DNA of 63,975 nt, counting the filler, from Candidatus Sysuiplasma jiujiangense (GTDB lineage: Archaea; Thermoplasmatota; Thermoplasmata; Sysuiplasmatales; Sysuiplasmataceae), in NCBI GenBank assembly GCA_019721075.1. It is 6 parts of 6 records of this genome, joined end to end, with 100 filler letters (N's around TTAATTAATTAA, not from the genome) between each part and the next. Parts side by side here need not be neighbours in the genome. Positions count along the whole stretch, not along the records: positions 61,146 to 63,975 come from JAHEAD010000053.1; 5 more parts are not named here. One strand, given 5' to 3'. A program made the position numbers and the translations under genes. The notes beneath the pieces are model-generated. The model worked only from the letters and a program-made list of their open reading frames with translations, searched no databases and had not been told where the DNA came from. Position 1 is the stretch's first letter. Every line of letters starts with the position of its first letter. Shown one piece after another: positions 62,385 to 63,975 of this stretch.

Positions 62385-62864
62385 ATGATTGTGTACTCAC
62401 TCACCCGCATTCTGGATCACATAAGTGTTCAAGATGTGGAAGGAGATTTTGAAATGAGCCTCCATAACGGCACATCTGCCGAAACGGAACGCAAGAGGAT
62501 GCTTGAGCATGAAGGTCATATAATCCTGAATCTCGGCCAGAACCAGTACGGAGACCTTGAAGACATCTGCCATGATATAATCATCGAGGTCAAGACATCG
62601 AAGCATTCAAGGCGTGATCTTTCCAAAAAGGAGAAGGAACAGATGACAAACCTCCTCATGCTGAGACCCTACCGAACGATCAGGTATGACATCCGGTTTT
62701 CAGGCAATGGTCATCACGGCCCAGTATGGCAGTGTGAACATCCAGATAGGGTGTTAAGCTCATTCAAGCTTAGCACAAATATCAACACCCATCCGTTTAA
62801 TGCTCCAGCGATTTCTAAATCAGTCGTGGATAAAAATAGGAAGGTGAAAAATGGAAAACAATAG
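62385..62864 (+). CDS. PD-(D/E)XK nuclease, Hjc-like
   Basis: G..AE.E...L..EG...GDL...IIEVKT. Confidence 0.6.
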   Translation: MIVYSLTRILDHISVQDVEGDFEMSLHNGTSAETERKRMLEHEGHIILNLGQNQYGDLEDICHDIIIEVKTSKHSRRDLSKKEKEQMTNLLMLRPYRTIRYDIRFSGNGHHGPVWQCEHPDRVLSSFKLSTNINTHPFNAPAISKSVVDKNRKVKNGKQ

Positions 62865-63597
62865 TAATTTGGAAAAATGGGTAAAAGACGGCTCTAACGT
62901 GATGATATACAACGCACCCCCTTCGGTGGTGGAAAGTATATCATTTGGTGAATCAGCAGGTATTATAGACTACTGCCAGAAAACCATGAACAAAGTCAAA
63001 GAGATCTACTGGAACGAAGAATACCTTGCAGCAAGAACAGACAAGGGAGAAATCATCAGGTTTCAGCCGGAACTCAATGCTGATATCGAGATGTTCTTCA
63101 CAAGAAAACAAAATTACAGAGACCATACAACTGGATATGTCGTATGGGACGGAGATTATGAACGGGCCAAGTTCACGAAGAAGTCACTATTAGAATGGCT
63201 TTCCCGCCACACAGAAGAATTGGATGAAGACGTCAGGAACGCAATAAGAGACATGAGGGTATCAGAGCGCCTTGACACGCAGAATATATCCCTCGGTGAT
63301 GTTGAGCGCACAACTGAGGAAGAAGAAACTAAAACGTCAATTCCAAAGCACTTTAATGCCAACATTATCATAGCTGAAAACTGGCATGCAGAGATGCATT
63401 TTAAGGCATTCGTGGCCAAGAATACCGATGATTATGGCCGTGTCCAGAAAGGTTACAACATAGTACTCGAATTGGAAAACGCACGCCAAATCAAGCGAGA
63501 TCTCATGCAGTTCGTCCTTGGAAAGATACCGGAATCAATACCGAAATATTATGGCAAATTGAAGGTCCTCAGCACGAATGGAGATGGAGAACTATAA
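62851..63597 (+). CDS. Hypothetical phage protein, possibly DUF2303/YfdQ-like
   Basis: FTKKSLLEWL...IPKHF pattern; GGTGA SD; weak resemblance only. Confidence 0.45.
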   Translation: MENNSNLEKWVKDGSNVMIYNAPPSVVESISFGESAGIIDYCQKTMNKVKEIYWNEEYLAARTDKGEIIRFQPELNADIEMFFTRKQNYRDHTTGYVVWDGDYERAKFTKKSLLEWLSRHTEELDEDVRNAIRDMRVSERLDTQNISLGDVERTTEEEETKTSIPKHFNANIIIAENWHAEMHFKAFVAKNTDDYGRVQKGYNIVLELENARQIKRDLMQFVLGKIPESIPKYYGKLKVLSTNGDGEL

Positions 63598-63658
63598 ATG
63601 GAATATATACTGAAAAAAAGAAGAATCCGGAAAAAAACAAAACCATGGAGGCCTTGAA

Positions 63659-63975
63659 ATGAACAAGCATGACTGGATCGATTACACAGTGGCCATTGCT
63701 GCCTTCCTTATGTTTGCCTATTATGATGTCATCATGTGGCAGGACACGATTTTCCCCTATAATATATTATTACAATGGAACAACTACCACCTATTCACGT
63801 TTGGATTTCTGGTTCCTTCTGTGCTTATACTCATGGGCATAGCTGCAAGATCTTACGTGATTCCACTCTATGCCTATACGCTTATCATGAATGGAGCTGG
63901 AGATCTGATGTATTACGTCATGCTTGGCCAGCCAGTATCTCTGTATATGGAATGGACAAACCAGGCCGCCTTGGT
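63659..63975 (+). CDS. Membrane protein, 3'-truncated
   Basis: MNKHDWIDYTVAIAAFLMFAYYD..., open to the window end; GGAGG SD. Confidence 0.6.
   Translation, partial: MNKHDWIDYTVAIAAFLMFAYYDVIMWQDTIFPYNILLQWNNYHLFTFGFLVPSVLILMGIAARSYVIPLYAYTLIMNGAGDLMYYVMLGQPVSLYMEWTNQAAL

Larger units (their letters stand above)
61146..63975 (+). mobile_element. Probable viral/mobile contig C fragment
   Basis: Tightly packed co-directional genes of phage-accessory type. Confidence 0.6.

Overview
The window is six unlinked contigs joined by artificial 100-nt spacers (N-run, TTAATTAATTAA, N-run). The gene content and Shine-Dalgarno motifs suggest an archaeon, most likely an acidophilic Thermoplasmatota lineage (inference). 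Three contigs look chromosomal (15750-29979, 30080-43489, 53387-61045). They carry a sugar/amine catabolic cluster, PolX, Lhr, transporters, redox genes, decayed toxin-antitoxin pairs and IS remnants. Three contigs look viral (1-15649, 43590-53286, 61146-63975). Two of these encode homologous giant membrane-anchored spike/adhesin proteins and show no recognisable HK97 capsid, portal or terminase, which points to related enveloped (pleomorphic or spindle-like) archaeal viruses. Highlights: (1) a virus-encoded homologue of the archaellum activator EarA followed by a phased array of nine GTATAC-core palindromes, five containing the EarA site TACATA, directly upstream of the putative structural operon promoter; (2) an iteron-rich origin candidate in front of an AAA+ helicase; (3) a 3.6-kb IS256-derived unit with TIRs and an 8-bp TSD whose transposase middle is replaced by a phosphate transporter and a phoU remnant; (4) a two-repeat CRISPR-like array abutting a TnpB 3' remnant; (5) two tandem basic viral microproteins sharing an identical decapeptide encoded by synonymously diverged codons. 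All family assignments are from motif recognition by eye; no searches were run.
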